Origin: Stegostoma tigrinum
Lineage: Eukaryota
Assembly (NCBI RefSeq): GCF_030684315.1
Contig: NC_081360.1
Span: 48,183,424-48,247,423, forward strand
Direction of reading: 5' to 3'
Length of the DNA: 64,000 nucleotides
Shown here: piece by piece, positions 12,200 through 25,403 of the stretch
Numbering within the stretch: the first letter of the stretch is position 1
How the letters are laid out: the number at the start of each line of letters is the position of its first letter
Program-made: the position numbers and the translations under genes
Notes under the pieces: generated by a model
What the model was told of the DNA's origin: nothing
Databases searched by the model: none
What the model saw: the letters and a program-made list of their open reading frames with translations, nothing else

Positions 12200-14100
12200 T
12201 TCACATCAACAGCTACTAACAGTGCATTCCAGGTACTTCCTGCTTTGTGTTTGTAAAAAAAAACTTGCCTCTCACAGCTCCTTTAAACTTTCCCTCTTTC
12301 ACTTTGAACCTATACGATACCCCACTAAGTATTTGACATTTCTGCCCAGAGAAAAAGACTACAACTATCCACCAAATCTATTGCCTTTCCCAATTTTATA
12401 TATGTCTATCAGGTCGCCCTCAACTTCTGATGCTCTAGCGAAAGCAGTCCAAGTTTATCCAATGTAACAGGCCAAGCAGCATCTTAGGAACACAAAAGCC
12501 GATGTTTTGGGCCTTGACCCTTTTCTGATGAATGGTCTAGGCCCGAAACATCAGCTTTTGTGCTCCCAAGATGCTGCTTGGCCTGTTGTGTTCATCCAGC
12601 TCCACACTTTGTTTTCTCGGATTCTGCAGTATCTGCAGTTCCCATTATCTCTGATACAAGTTTATCCAACCACTCCTTTTGGCTAATATACTGCAATCCA
12701 AGCAACACCCTGGTAAACCTCTTCTGCACCCTCTCCCATGCTTCCATATCCTTCCTCTATGTGGCAGCCAGAACTGCGCACAGTAGTCTAAATGTGGCTG
12801 AACCAAAGTGTTATACTACTGTAATATGATTTGCCAACTTTTATAATCAAGGCCTTTACTGACAATTGCAAGCACTTGAAACTTGCACTGGCCTATAATT
12901 TCCTGGATTGTCCCAGTTGCCCTCCTTAAACAGAGGAACAACATTGGCTATTCTTCAGTCTTTTGGGACCTCGCCTGTGGCTAAAGAGGCTATAAAGATC
13001 TCTGAAAGCCCCTGCAAACTTCTCTCTTGCATCTTTCAATATAGTAGGGTCGATCCCATCAGGCCCTGAGGAATAAGCTACATTAATGTTTCTCAGTATC
13101 AGTATAGCCTGCCCAAATCTTGCCATCATCTGTGTCCTTCTTGATGAATACTGATTCAAAGTTCTCATTAAGGACTTTGCCCACTTCCTGTGGCTCCTTG
13201 TGTAAATTCCCTCCTTTTGTCTTTGAATGGATCTACCGTTTCCCTAGTTAATCCATTGCCCCTAATAAGTGTATAAAATGCCTTGGGATTTGCCATAATC
13301 CTACTTGCCAAGAAAATTACATGACTCCTTTTAGTCCTCCTAATTTCTTGTTATATTATTTTTCTGCTCCATTTATATTCCTCAAGGGTCTTGTCTGATT
13401 TCCATATACTAAACCTTGTACATGCTTCCTTTTAATATTTCTTGTCATCCGTGGTTCCTGAATCTTGCTATCCTTATCTTTCATCCTCAAAGGAACGTAT
13501 TGGCCCTGAACTCTGATCATTTGGTCTTTAAAAGATTCCTACATGCCAGATGTGGATTTACTCTCCATCAGCCAACACCAGTCTAATTTCTTCAGTTCCT
13601 GTCTAATATTGTTGTAATTAGCCTTTTCCCCAGATAGCACTTTCACCTGAGGATCAATCTCATGCTTATTCAAAAACTATCTTAAAACTTAAGGAATGAT
13701 GATCATCATTCCAAAATGTTGCTCCACTGAAACTTGATCACCTGGCCAGGCTCATTCCTCAATAAAAGGTCTAGTTTGGCCCCTTTCTGAGTTGGACTAT
13801 ACATATATTGTTTCAAGAAATCCTTCTGGATGCATCTAACAAATTCAGACCCATCCAAGCCCCTGGCATTAGGGGATTCCCAGTCAATATTAGGAAAGTT
13901 AAAATCCCTCACTACAGTAACCCTGTTATTTTTACACCTTTCCATGACCTGCTTCAATAAATGTTCTTGTCTCCTGCTGACTATATTGGGAGGGATTTAA
14001 CCCTATCATATTGATTTACGTCTTTCCTATTCCTGTATTCTGCCCATACGGACTTGCTGGATGAGTTCTGTGGCAGTCCCTTTAATGCAACGCCCCATCC
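12200..14100 (-). mobile_element. Decayed CR1-like LINE (endonuclease to 3' end, with deletions)
   Basis: VVRDFNFPNIDW...LDLLL (13706-13957), SSGPDGIDP (12926-13168). Confidence 0.8.
12463..12656. mobile_element. Fold-back PLE-derived element with hammerhead motif, inserted in CR1
   Basis: Inverted arms around ctgatgaatggtctaggcccgaaacatc; TSD CAAGTTTATCCAA at 12450-12462 and 12657-12669. Confidence 0.82.
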
Positions 14101-14379
14101 CCGCCCACAGTCCTTTAACATACCTCTTTATTTGAATCTTGTGGCAGATCATTCCATGATTTCATTGAATAGCAGGAGAGCTTTGAAGGCCAGCTAGCTA
14201 ACTTCTAGTCCTGTTTATTTCCAGCATCAGGCGCTCACCACTGCTACTGAGTCCGTGAATGGACAGCAAGTGCACTACCCTTAAATTGGCTTGAGCTTTG
14301 CGGGATCAAGATGCAAAACCAGATGCCAAGTCCAGTTCACAACCTCCCGATTACTTAATCAGCAATGGATTTTAAATGG

Positions 14380-15620
14380 AAAATAAGGTGGCAATTGTGG
14401 TATGATGTGGGAACAGGATCAGGTTATTAACTGCTTGGAAGAAAGGGTAGAAAAGCAGAATATTTTTTGAAGAGGCATTGAACTTTTGGATTGAACACAC
14501 AGTTATTTTGCAGGTTCAGTAAGCAATTAGCAAGGCAAATGGTATGATGGCCTTCATTACAATGTGTTCGAATATATGACCAAGGGCATCTTGATATCAT
14601 TTTATAAAGGTTTGGTGAGTCTTCACACGGAGGAAAGGGTATAATTTGGGTTCATATCTAAGGTTTACTTATTTCAGAGGCATAACAGTGAAAAGTTCAG
14701 TGCAGTGGTTCCCAGTATGATAAGGGTTTGTTGTGACAGAGATTATGTAAATTGGGACTGTATGTTCTGGATTTTACAAAAATAGGAAGTGATATTAAAG
14801 GGAGGACATTGCAGGAAGGATGTGGAAGCATTGGAAAAGGTGCAGAGGAGATTTATGAGGATGTTGCCTGGTCTGGAGCGAAGGCCTTATGAAGAAAGGC
14901 TGAGGGACTTGGGTCTGTTCTCATTGCAGAGAAGGAGGCTAAGAGGGGATTTAATAGAGAGACACAAGATGATCAGAGGATTAGATGGGGTGGACAGTGA
15001 GAATCTTTTTCTGAGGATGATGATGTATGCTTGTACGAGGGGGCATAGCTACAAATTGAGGGGTGATAGATTTGAGACAGATGTCAGAGGCAGGTTCTTT
15101 ACTCAGAGAGTGGTAAGGGCGTCGAACACCCTGCCTGCCAATGTAGTTAACTCAGCCACATTAGAGGCATTTGAACAGTCCTTGGCAAAGCATATGGATG
15201 ATGATGGGATAGTGTAGGGGGATGGGCTTAGATTAGTTCCCAGGTCGGCACAACATTGAGGGCCGAAGGGCCTGTTCTGCACTCTATTGTTCTATGTTCT
15301 ATGACAGACATTATGAGGTTGCATTCTTTGGCATAGGAATCTAGAACATGAGCACAGTCCCATGATAAGGGAGTATTTCTTTAGCACCATGATGAGGAAG
15401 AATTATCTCATTCAGTGTTGTGAATCTTTGGAATTCTCAACTCCAAGGATCTTTCAAATTCTCATTCAATGAACATATTTGAGGCTGAAACGTACAGAAT
15501 TTTGATCTCTCAGGAAATCGAAGAATTTGGGGAGTAGGCAGCAAAGTGGGGTTGAAGCCCTATTGAATAGCTCAACAGGCTGGAAGGCTGTATGATTTGC
15601 ACCTAGTCCTATTTCTAATG
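14380..15620 (+). mobile_element. Nested CR1-like 3' fragments (younger copy ~14805-15303 inside an older one)
   Basis: ORF 14789-15217 ALEKVQRRF.RMLPGL...RRLRGDLIE...TRGHSYKL; tail (ttctatg)n. Confidence 0.82.
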
Positions 15621-18570
15621 CACTCATGTAATGTGCATCTCATCACGTAACATCCGACAGATTGCTACTATATTGACTGAGATATTTATTTGTGTTGGTT
15701 TTGTGTGCAGGTATGTCATATTATATTCCTTTCTTGGCGAGTTCACCCTTCTCCAACATCTTGGCCCCCTGCTATACTCCAGCAATTCCTGTGGAAGATG
15801 AAAGATATTGATTGAAATTAAAAACTGGAAGAGATTTAGAGACTGAGGTGTACGTTGCTTGATGTTATGGTGACAGCAGTTCAGAATGCAATGTGCACAC
15901 AGGATTTGGAAATCTCTGAATAGGCCAGCGTTTATAGCCATTATGCAATTGTACAGGAGAAGGTGACGATTATTCTAGCACAGTCCTGATTTGTGACTTG
16001 TAGATGATGAACAATCTTTGGGGAGCCAGGTTTTTTAATTACTCACCACAGAATTCTGAATTTTTAGCTAAAGTGACCATGACTGATCCAATTTTGTTTT
16101 GGTCAGTGGTAACCCCCAGGACGTAGTTAGAACTGAATACCACACTGCTACTATCAGCAGACCTGTTTAAAATCTCATTTCTTCACCATTTCCTCCCAAT
16201 GGACGGTGACTGAGAGATGGGTGTCAGATGGCTCAAGATGAAGGTGAGTATCGGTGCTCGCAGTTCAGTTGATGTTTGAGTTGCCCTGGGGGAAGAAAGG
16301 AATGAAGCTGTGCGATGTATGTTGCTCTGAAGAGTGTAGATCAGTAAAATGCTGAGGAAGTCAGAACATGGTGATTGGTGCCTGAATGTGATGTACCGCT
16401 CACCTGCGCTGACCTAATGAGATTACTGACTCCTTGGTAGCACCGTGTCCATGTCCTTGGTGCCAAATTTCTCCTGCTATCTACAGGTACCTTCAGAATT
16501 TCTAATAGGCGAACATCACCTTCAGGGGTGAGTCAGAGAACCCAGAGTGGTGGGTAGGAAGTAGTCAGACTTTCTATGTCTTCCATCCTTCCTTCCTTTT
16601 GCCAAACTCCAACCTTCAGCACTGTTATTAGATGCAACCGTTTTGAACCGTGCCAGCGTCTGCTAGCCTGAGAAATTTTCACTGCTAGATGTTGGTTGTC
16701 AGCAAATCAGTATTCTGCTCAGGAAAGCCAGAAGTAGAATGCTAATGCTGTGGTTGAGGAAACATTCCCAAAAAGCCTGCTGACAGAACAAGTGGGCTCC
16801 TAACATACTATCAGCCCTTCTGCTACAAGGAAACTTGTAATGAAATTCTGGTCATGATATCCATAAAGGTAACTGACTGAGAATGAGAAACAAAATGGAA
16901 TATTTACAGTAAATGTGTGAAATTTGCTGAACTATGTAATATGTCAGTTGAATGGAAACTCTAGAAAAGTTATTTCTAAAAGGTCTAATTTTTAAAATAA
17001 ATAACAGATTGAGTTTTGTCTCCTTGAAGATTCTTAGCCACCTTCATTACAGAGTTGATTTCATGCTAGGGTAACATTCCAACGACACCAGTTTCTTTGT
17101 AGTATCGCAACCATCTGGCCAAAAGTTTAGTGTGAACATTAAATCCAGGATTCCCATTCTTAAAGCAGATATGCGGAGTTGTGAAAATTCCCAGCTTAGT
17201 GCACCCACCTTGGAAGAAACTACTCCAAGAGGCTAGATCTCTGTTGTGTGAGGCCAGAGGGAGCATGTTGGAATCAGGCCCACCACCTTCTGGGATCTGT
17301 CTCAGCAGCTATTGTGTGTTAAGCTGGGCTGGTTAAAGGGCCTGTTTCTTTTCTTTGAAATTTTATTTTAATTTGTTATAAAAATAGCTAGACCCTCAGC
17401 CCTCTCACCCCTGCCCCTTCTCCCTGGAAACATTCATTCCCATACACCTTCCTAACCAACTAATATACTCACCCACTCTCCATAGCCCCCAACCATGCTG
17501 GCCTGTGTGCCTGTAGCTAAACCTTTGGACTGTGATAGCCTCCATGTTGTCTCTGTACCCACCTTCCAGGTTCACTCATTCTTTCACTGTCAACCTAGAC
17601 TCCTAACCCCATCTCGTCCCCGTAAAAGCTTTGTGCAACTCATGGCCCTAGATAAATCTCCCTCACCCCCATGGACCCTACTGAAATTGAGCTGAATTCT
17701 TTAACCTACTGTCAATCAAAGCAGTCCAACAGAAGCTGTTTGTAGCTCTTGGTGATTGCTGCAGTCTGTTTCATTCTCTTTAAGTGCAGTAAAACATGTG
17801 ATCTGCTTGGTTTAGCATGCTGGAGAAAAACCACTTAGTGGTCTAACCAGCAGAGGCTCATGTTTTGAACAAGTAGCAGCTTATGCATGTTGGCAATGAG
17901 TTGCAGGTTGATATGAGAGCATTATTGTGGAGACTATGATGAGGATTTGAAATTAGGCTTCACTGTTCACAGATCCTAAGATGTTCTCACAAGTCCATAT
18001 GATGTATTTTTAGTGGGCAGTGCTTATGGCACTCCGCAGTATTAATCTTTCCAAACGTGTATGCAACAACCTTCACTTGTTCCTAATAAAACGTGATTTT
18101 AAAATTCTCCATCTTTGTTTTTGACATCCTCCACAACCTCATTCCCTTCTGTTAATGAAGTCTCCTTCAATCCTTTGAAATCTCTGCACTCCTTTAAAAA
18201 CCAACTTGTCAGTTGCTCCACTATTGGTGCTCTTGCCTTCAGTTGCTTATTCTGTAGGATTCTAAGTCATGACATTACCTCCCCAAATGTTTATGCTGTC
18301 TTCCATGTTCCTCATTCATGACATTCCATAAAACCCAACTTTTTAATCACCTTTTGGTCATCTGTCTTAATATCTCCTTAACTAGATTCGGTGTCACATT
18401 TTGCTTTATAATGCTATTGTCAAGCACTTTGGGGCATTTCAATTGCATTAAAGGTGGGATGGATATTCATACGACTTGTGTCATAAGAGGCTCTAACTGG
18501 AAGAAAAAAAATGAAATAGACCTTAAATGATGAGTTTGTTACTTTTAAAACATTCATAATTTCTCTACAG

Positions 18571-18723
18571 GTGACAAAACATTTGCTTAAGCTGTTTGAT
18601 AATTTAGCTGATTTAAAATTTGAAAATATTGACAAGCATGGTGACACATGTAAAGCATTGGGAATGTACAGTAGAGAAGGAGAGTATGTGCAGCTTTCAA
18701 CACCCTGTTTTTGTGAAGGACAG
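18571..18723 (+). CDS. DNAH11: Dynein heavy chain exon: VTKHLLKLFDNLADLKF...GMYSREGEYV...CEGQ
   Basis: ctacag|GTG, CAG|gtggg, 153 nt; HL.KLFD and GMYS.E.EYV motifs. Confidence 0.94.
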
Positions 18724-19762
18724 GTGGGTTTTTACTTGTTTGCATTCTATGTGGCAATGTGTTTGAAAATCTGAATGATATAAGACAGTTTGACATTAGT
18801 TGGAATTAATTTTGGAATGGATTCCCAATTATTGGAAGAGGTATTTTGGTTTCTGCATATATCAAAGAAAAAATATATTATGGATGAAATCATAAAATAA
18901 TTTGTCAAACAATTAAGTGAATTTGAAAATCTGAAAATTTTCATGTGAATAACAATGCAGTGTATCCCTCCCTATAGGTTTTAATCTTTTGAATAAATTT
19001 ATCACATAAGAATGGTTTCTTCTGCGTCTCAGAGTCAGTCCATTAAAGTATTTCACTTTGACATTGGCTTTCAGCATGTGTTGAAGAAAGATCTATTGTG
19101 GGAAATGCCAAAATATGACAGTTGTGCACAAATCAATAGAGGAATAAGTGCAAAAATCCAAAGGTTATGCTAAACATCAAATCTTTAGTAAAGGTGTAGA
19201 CCACTTAATGTCATGAACCTGTACACTCCAATTTGATGAGAATATGAATGTATATGCCTACTTTTGGCCCATAACCTCTTAATTTTAAATCTGAGATTCA
19301 TTGATAATTACAAGTTGACTTGGCATCAACAGCCATTTTCACAGAAAAGTTCTCCTAATTTCTACCACCGTCTATTTGCCTACAAATGTTGATCCCGAAA
19401 GGCCAAGCTCTTAATTATTAGTCTATATCCTTTTTAGTTCCAGATTCCCTAACTGGTATTAAAAAATTCTTTCTGTTTTACCTTGTTAGTTCCACTTAAA
19501 TATTTTGTAACCTTCAGTTTCTGACTTTCTAAAATACATTGAATGCATCCTCAGTTTGTGCAATATCTGTTGGTAACTTATCTTCTTCAGTCAAATTTTA
19601 ATTCTGGTAAATCTGTATCTGCTTTTTCAAGAGCTAAACTATCATGTCCAGAGCATGGTGCCTTGATCTGAACATGATGCTGCAATTGTGGTCTACCTAA
19701 GGTTTTGTATAGAAAAGGAAAAAAAAGAACTGTGTTCTGAAAGGTCTTTGCTTCATGACTAG

Positions 19763-19996
19763 GCTGAATGTTGGCTGCATAATCTTGAGGAGACAATGCG
19801 AACCACAGTGCAACATGAAATCATGGAAGCAGTTGCAGCATATGAAGAGAAGCCAAGAGATCAGTGGTTGTTCAATTACCCAGCACAAGTGGCTTTGACT
19901 GTCACTCAGATTTGGTGGACCACAGATGTTGGAATTGCTTTTGAACGTCTGGAAGAAGGCTTTGAAACAGCTTTAAAAGATTACAACAAAAAACAA
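19763..19996 (+). CDS. DNAH11: Dynein heavy chain exon: [13 protein letters not shown]...[15 protein letters not shown]...KDYNKKQ
   Basis: actag|GCT, CAA|gtaagt, 234 nt; YPAQVAL..QIWWT motif. Confidence 0.94.
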
Positions 19997-20695
19997 GTAA
20001 GTTGTCTTTAAAACAAGTTTCCTAATTAAATCTACAAAGACTGATATCTTGAGTGGTAATATTTTCGTTAAATTACAGAATTTTGACCATTCTGATTTAA
20101 TTCTACTTTTACTTGCCCATTGTACAGTGAATTTCCTCAATGGTTCTCTTAACTGGTCTTTGTAACTCACCAAGGAACCTGTTTATACAATTTATCTGGA
20201 ATTCCTTGATTATCTGTCTAAGCTATGGTAGCTGATCAGGACAATTCAAAGAAATGTCTGACAGTTGTGTTGAACAGCTTGTGATTACTACTTTTCTCTC
20301 ACAGCAGGCCACCATTTCCTATAATTCCTTCTCATTACTACAAGCTGACCAATGATTAACACATGCAGTTATTATTTTTAGATTGCAAGTTTGTTGAGAA
20401 TGCATTGAGCTCTGAAACAATTCCATCCATTTTTTTCTTCTTTAATGTTCTTGCAATAATCTTCATAATGTGCAAAGTATAGGACTGAATGAATAAGATT
20501 GAACTAATTTGCATTCCTCACTATCCATTAATTTTACTTCACATGATCAATATGCACAATTTTTATATTTTAGCTAAAACATAACGGGGGATGCCTTGCA
20601 AGTATAATGCTTTCTAGAATAAGTAATCAATGTATGACATATAGTGTACTGTACCCTATCTTTTTGAGTAGTCAAATATAATTATTTTATTGCAG

Positions 20696-20827
20696 ATTGC
20701 TCAGCTAAATGTTCTTATAAACATGCTACTAGGGGAGCTCACCCATGGTGATCGTCAGAAGATTATGACAATCTGTACAATTGATGTACATGCCAGAGAT
20801 GTTGTAGCAAAGCTCATAGCACAGAAG
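20696..20827 (+). CDS. DNAH11: Dynein heavy chain exon: [15 protein letters not shown]...[19 protein letters not shown]
   Basis: ttgcag|ATT, AAG|gtaat, 132 nt; DVHARDVV motif. Confidence 0.95.
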
Positions 20828-21344
20828 GTAATTTGTTGTAGCAATTACTCTAATGCATTCTTAAAAGCATAAAATAAACATAATTTCCCTGTAAAGGGGC
20901 TGCTCAGTTGTCCTGGAAAGAAATGACAATGTTTTGATGTAGTCATTAGGGTCTTTTCCATTGATATGTTACATAATTACATTTACTAGCTGAAGTACAA
21001 GATTGACTTTCTAGTATTTAGTCTAAATTTCTTATCACTTTGACTGTATTTCTTTAAGGTGATTGCAGTTTCAATGCATGACATTTTCGTCTTTGTTACT
21101 CAAGTACCACTGAACTGGTTTTACATTCTGCATTGCTCAATACCCATTTTAGATATTGCACTCTCTTGATATTTTTACTGAAAAAAATTAATCTCCAATC
21201 TCTGTTACCAGAGTATTTATGCTAGTGTTTCAAAATGATCTTGAAGACCTTTCTGTTGTTGAATAAATGAACCTTATTTTAATTGCATTCCATCTATTAA
21301 TAATTCTGTCATCTACAGAGCAACAGAATAGCAGATGGAAGTTT

Positions 21345-21658
21345 TTTTAAAATTCATTCATGGGATAAAAGCATTGCTGGCTAGGCAGCACTTATTGCTC
21401 AGAGTGCAGTTAAGAATCGATCACATTGCTGAGAGTATGGAATCACGTGGGGGCCAGACCAGTTAAGGATGTTAGTCGAACCAGATGGGTTTTTCCAACA
21501 ATCGACAATGGTCATCATTAGACTCTTAATTCCAGATATTTATTGAATTCAATTTCCACCATCTACCTTGGCGGGGTTTGAATGTGGGTCCCCAGAGCGT
21601 TAACTAGGTCTCCCGGATTAACAGTCCAGTGATAATACCACTAGGCCATCGCCTCCCC
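21345..21658 (-). mobile_element. tRNA-derived SINE, second family
   Basis: Minus strand starts ggggaggcgatggcctagtggta (A box), has a degenerate B box, and ends in a LINE-like tail gcaataagtgctgcctagccagc...atgaatgaat plus A-rich end. Confidence 0.7.
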
Positions 21659-22037
21659 ATGAAGACATTTATTGCCTATGAGTTATATGGAGCTGAAAAA
21701 AAAATCAGTTTCTTTTATTGATGCATTATCCTATCCTACTTACAGTTCTAATGTAGAGTTTTACCACGCTATTCCACCCCTAGTTTTCAAAAGCCAGAGG
21801 CATTCGTTGTTGGAGTCAGACAAAGCGCATGTTACACCAAACCATGGATAGAATCGTGAAAGGGTTTGAGATTGATGTGTAATTTTGAAAATGCTCTTTT
21901 CCCAGAAGTGATCACCACAGAAAATGATGTCCTTTCAGAGTAAATGTTAAAATGCGTAAATGTTAAAAACTCATTTATTACTATGTTTTATTTACTATTA
22001 TATGACAGGAGGGGATGGAATGCAAATAAAACTAATC

Positions 22038-23970
22038 GTCTTATGTAAAGGTGAGGCGTGAAGGCTCAGTTAGGGTGCTTGAGAGTTACAAGTTAGCCAG
22101 GAAGGACCTAAAGAGAGAGCTAAGAAGAGCCAGGAGGGGACATGAGAAGTCTTTGGCAGGTAGGATCAAGGAAAACCCTAAAGCTTTCTATAGGTCTGTC
22201 AGGAACATAAGAATGACTAGAGTAAGATTAGGGCCAGTCAAGGACAGTAGTGGGAAGTTGTGTGTGGAGTCCAAAGCAATAGGAGAGGCGTTAAATGAAT
22301 ATTTTTTGCCAGTAATCGCACAGTAAAAAGATAATGTTGAGGCGAATACTGACATACTGGCTATTAGACTAGAAGGGATTGAGGTTCATAAGGAGGAGGT
22401 GTTCGCAATTCTGGAAAGCGTGAAAATAGATAAGTCCCCTGGGCCAGATGGGATTTACCCTAGGATTCTCTGGGAAGCTAGGGAGGGGATTGCAGAGCCT
22501 TTGGCTTTGATCTTTATGTCATCATTGTCTACAGGAATAGTGCCAGAAGACTGGAGAATAGCAAATGTTGTCCCCTTGTTCAAGAAGGGGAGTAGAGACA
22601 GCCCTCGTAATTACAGACCAGTGAGCCTTACTTTGGTTCTGGGTAAAGTGTTGGAGAGGATTATAAGAGAGAGGATTTATAATCGTCTAGAAAGGAGTAA
22701 TTTGATTAGGAATAGTCAACACGGTTTTGTGAAGGGTAGGTCGTGCCTCACAAACCTTATTGAGTTCTTTGAGAAAGTGACCAAACAGGTGGATGAGCGG
22801 TTGATGTGGTGTCTATGGATTTTAGTAATGCGTTTGATAAGGTTTCCCCATGGTAGGCTATTGCAGAAAATATGGAGGCATGGGGTTGAGGGTGATTTAG
22901 CAGTTTGGATCAGAAATTGGCTAGCAGTAAGAAGACGGAGGGTGGTGGTTGATGGAAAATGCTCGTCCTGGAGTTCAGTTATTAGTGGGATACCGCAAGG
23001 ATCTGTTTTGGGGCCACTGCTGTTTGTCATTTTTATAAATGACCTGGATGAGGGTGTAGAAGTATTGGCTAGTAAATTTGTGGATGACACTAAAGTCAGT
23101 GGGGTTGTGTATAGTGCAGAAAGATATTGCGGGTTACAGAGGGACATAGATAAGCTGCAGAAGTGGGCTGAGAGGTGGCAAATGGAGTTTAATGTGGAAA
23201 AGTATGAGGTGATTTACTTTGGAAGGAGTAACAGGAATACAGAGTACTGGGCTAATAGTAAGATCCTTGGTAGTGTGGATGAGCAGAGAGATCTCTGTCC
23301 ATGTGCACCGATCCCTGAAAGTTGCCACCCAGGTTGATAGGTTTGTTAAGAAGGTGTATGGTGTGTTAGGTTTTATGGTAGAGGGCGGAGTTTCGGAGCC
23401 ATGAGGTCACATTGCAGCTGTACAAAACTCTGGTGCGGCCGTACTTGGAGAATAGCGTACAGTTCTGGTCGCCGCATTATATGAAGGATGTGGAAGCATT
23501 GGAAAGGGTGCAAAGGAAATTTAACAGGATGTTGCTTGGTATGGAGGGAAGGTCTTAGGAGGAAAGGCTGAGGGACTTGAGGCTGTTTTCGTTAGAGAGA
23601 AGAAGGTTAAGAGGTGACTTAATAGACATACAAGATGATCAGAGGATTAGATAGAGTGGACAGTGAAAGCTATTTTCCTTGGATGATAATGCATAGCACG
23701 AGGGGACATAGTTTTAAATTGAGGGATGATAGATATAGGGCAGAAGTCAGAGGTAAGTTCTTCACTCAGAGAAGTAAGGGCGTGGGATGACTTGCCTACA
23801 ACAGTAGTAGACTCGCCAACTTTAAGGGCATTTAAATGGCCATTGGATAAACATATGGATGATAATGGAATAGTGTAGATCAGATGGGCTTCAGATTGGT
23901 TTCACAGGTCGGTGCAACATCAAGGGCCAAAGGGCCTGTACTGCGCTGTAATGTTCTATGTTCTATGTTC
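22038..23970 (+). mobile_element. 5'-truncated CR1/HER1-like LINE with partly open reverse transcriptase
   Basis: ORF 22399-23337: KSPGPDGI, NYRPVSLT, QHGF..GRSCLTNL, GIPQGSVLGP, FVDD; frameshifts and stops; tail (ttctatg)n. Confidence 0.93.
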
Positions 23971-24770
23971 AATCATAGAATCCCTACAGTGTGGAAACAG
24001 GCCATTCGGCCTGACATGTCCTCACTGCTCCTCTGAAGAACATCCCCTCCCAGATCCAGTTGACCATGTCTAACCATGTTTAACTATGTCTAACCTGGAG
24101 AAAACCCATGCAGACACAGGGAGATTGTGCAAACTCCACGCAGTCATCCGAGGATGGGATCAAACACTCTGAAGCAGCAATGCTAACCGTTGAGCTACCA
24201 TGCCACCTTTTCTATGGCTCTGTATTTCTACACCTTGTTAAGTTATTTTGGGGTGGCACGGTGGCTCAGTGGTTTACACTGCAGTCTCACAGCACCAAGA
24301 ACCCAGGTTCGATTCCAGCCTCGGGCAACTGTCTGTGTGGAGTTTGCACATTCTCCCTGTGTCTGCGTGGGATTCCTCCCACAGTCCAAAGATGTGCAGG
24401 TTACGTGGATCGGCCGTACTAAATTGCCCATAGTGTTCAGGGGTGTGTGGGTTATAGGGGGAATGGGTTTGGGTGGGATGCTTCAAAGGGTGGTGTGGAC
24501 TTGTTGGGCCGAAGGGCCTGTTTCCACACTGTAGGGAATCTAGTCTAAAAACCCACCTAATCTAAACATCCCTGGGCACTGTGGACAATTTAGCATGGCC
24601 AACCCACCGTTGCACAACTTTAGACTGTGGGAGGAAACTTGAGCACCCGGAGAAAACCCATGCAGACACAGGGAGAGTGTGCAAGCTCCACGCAGTCACC
24701 CAAGGATGGGGTCAAACCTGGATCCCTAACGCTCTGAAGCAGCAATGCTAACCATTGAGCTACCATGCCA
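23971..24770 (-). mobile_element. HE1-like SINE split by an inserted block
   Basis: Tail at 23971-24058 and body/head at 24549-24770, both reverse complements of the 10022 SINE. Confidence 0.75.
24251..24548 (+). mobile_element. HE1-like V-SINE
   Basis: gggtggcacggtggctcagtgg head, GGTTCGATTCC B box, tail gtagggaatctagtcta. Confidence 0.88.
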
Positions 24771-25193
24771 CCTTTTCTATGGCTCTATATTTCTACACCT
24801 TGTTAACTTATTTTGCAAGAATTTTAAAATCAGGTTTGGTGAGTTCAGAGCATTTTAGGAATGCAGAGTGGTGGCTGTCTTAATTAGTAATAGTATTAGT
24901 GAAATTTGAGAGTTATGAACTAAGTTCAAGAAAACAAGATATGGAAAAATTTTGAGCAGAAATGATAAAAGCAAGTCAATTGTGAGAACAGTTTCCAGCC
25001 CCCATTATAGTAATCACAACATAGGTGGAGGTAAAGAAAGAAATGATGAAAGCTTGTCAAAGAGACTGGCAATAATTATGGGAGACTTTAATCTGCATAA
25101 AGCCTTGGAAAGTTGGTTGTTCAAAGGTAGCCCAGGTGAGTTGTTTGTAGAATATTTCCAGGACAGTTTCTTAGAACAGTATGTTCTGGAGCT

Positions 25194-25403
25194 GAAACAG
25201 AAGTAGCTGGAAAAGCTGAGTGGGTCTGGCAGCATCTGAGAAGAAAAATAATCAGAGTTAACGTTTCACAACGAGAAGGGTCACTGGACCTGAAATGTTA
25301 ACTCTGATTTTTTTTCTTCACAGATACTGCCTGACCTGCTCAGCTTTTCCAGCTAGTTCTGTTTTTGTTCCTGATTTACAGCATCTGCAGTTCTTTGGTT
25401 TAG
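25194..25403. mobile_element. Fold-back hammerhead-type element (second subfamily) in a CR1 remnant (~24870-26270)
   Basis: Inverted arms gctggaaaagctgag/ctcagcttttccagc; TSD ATGTTCTGGAGCT at 25181-25193 and 25404-25416. Confidence 0.8.

Noticed and set aside
22399-23337. 312-aa RT ORF as an active LINE or host gene
   Set aside because: 5'-truncated, lacks the endonuclease, has frameshifted segments and downstream stops; a dead CR1 copy.
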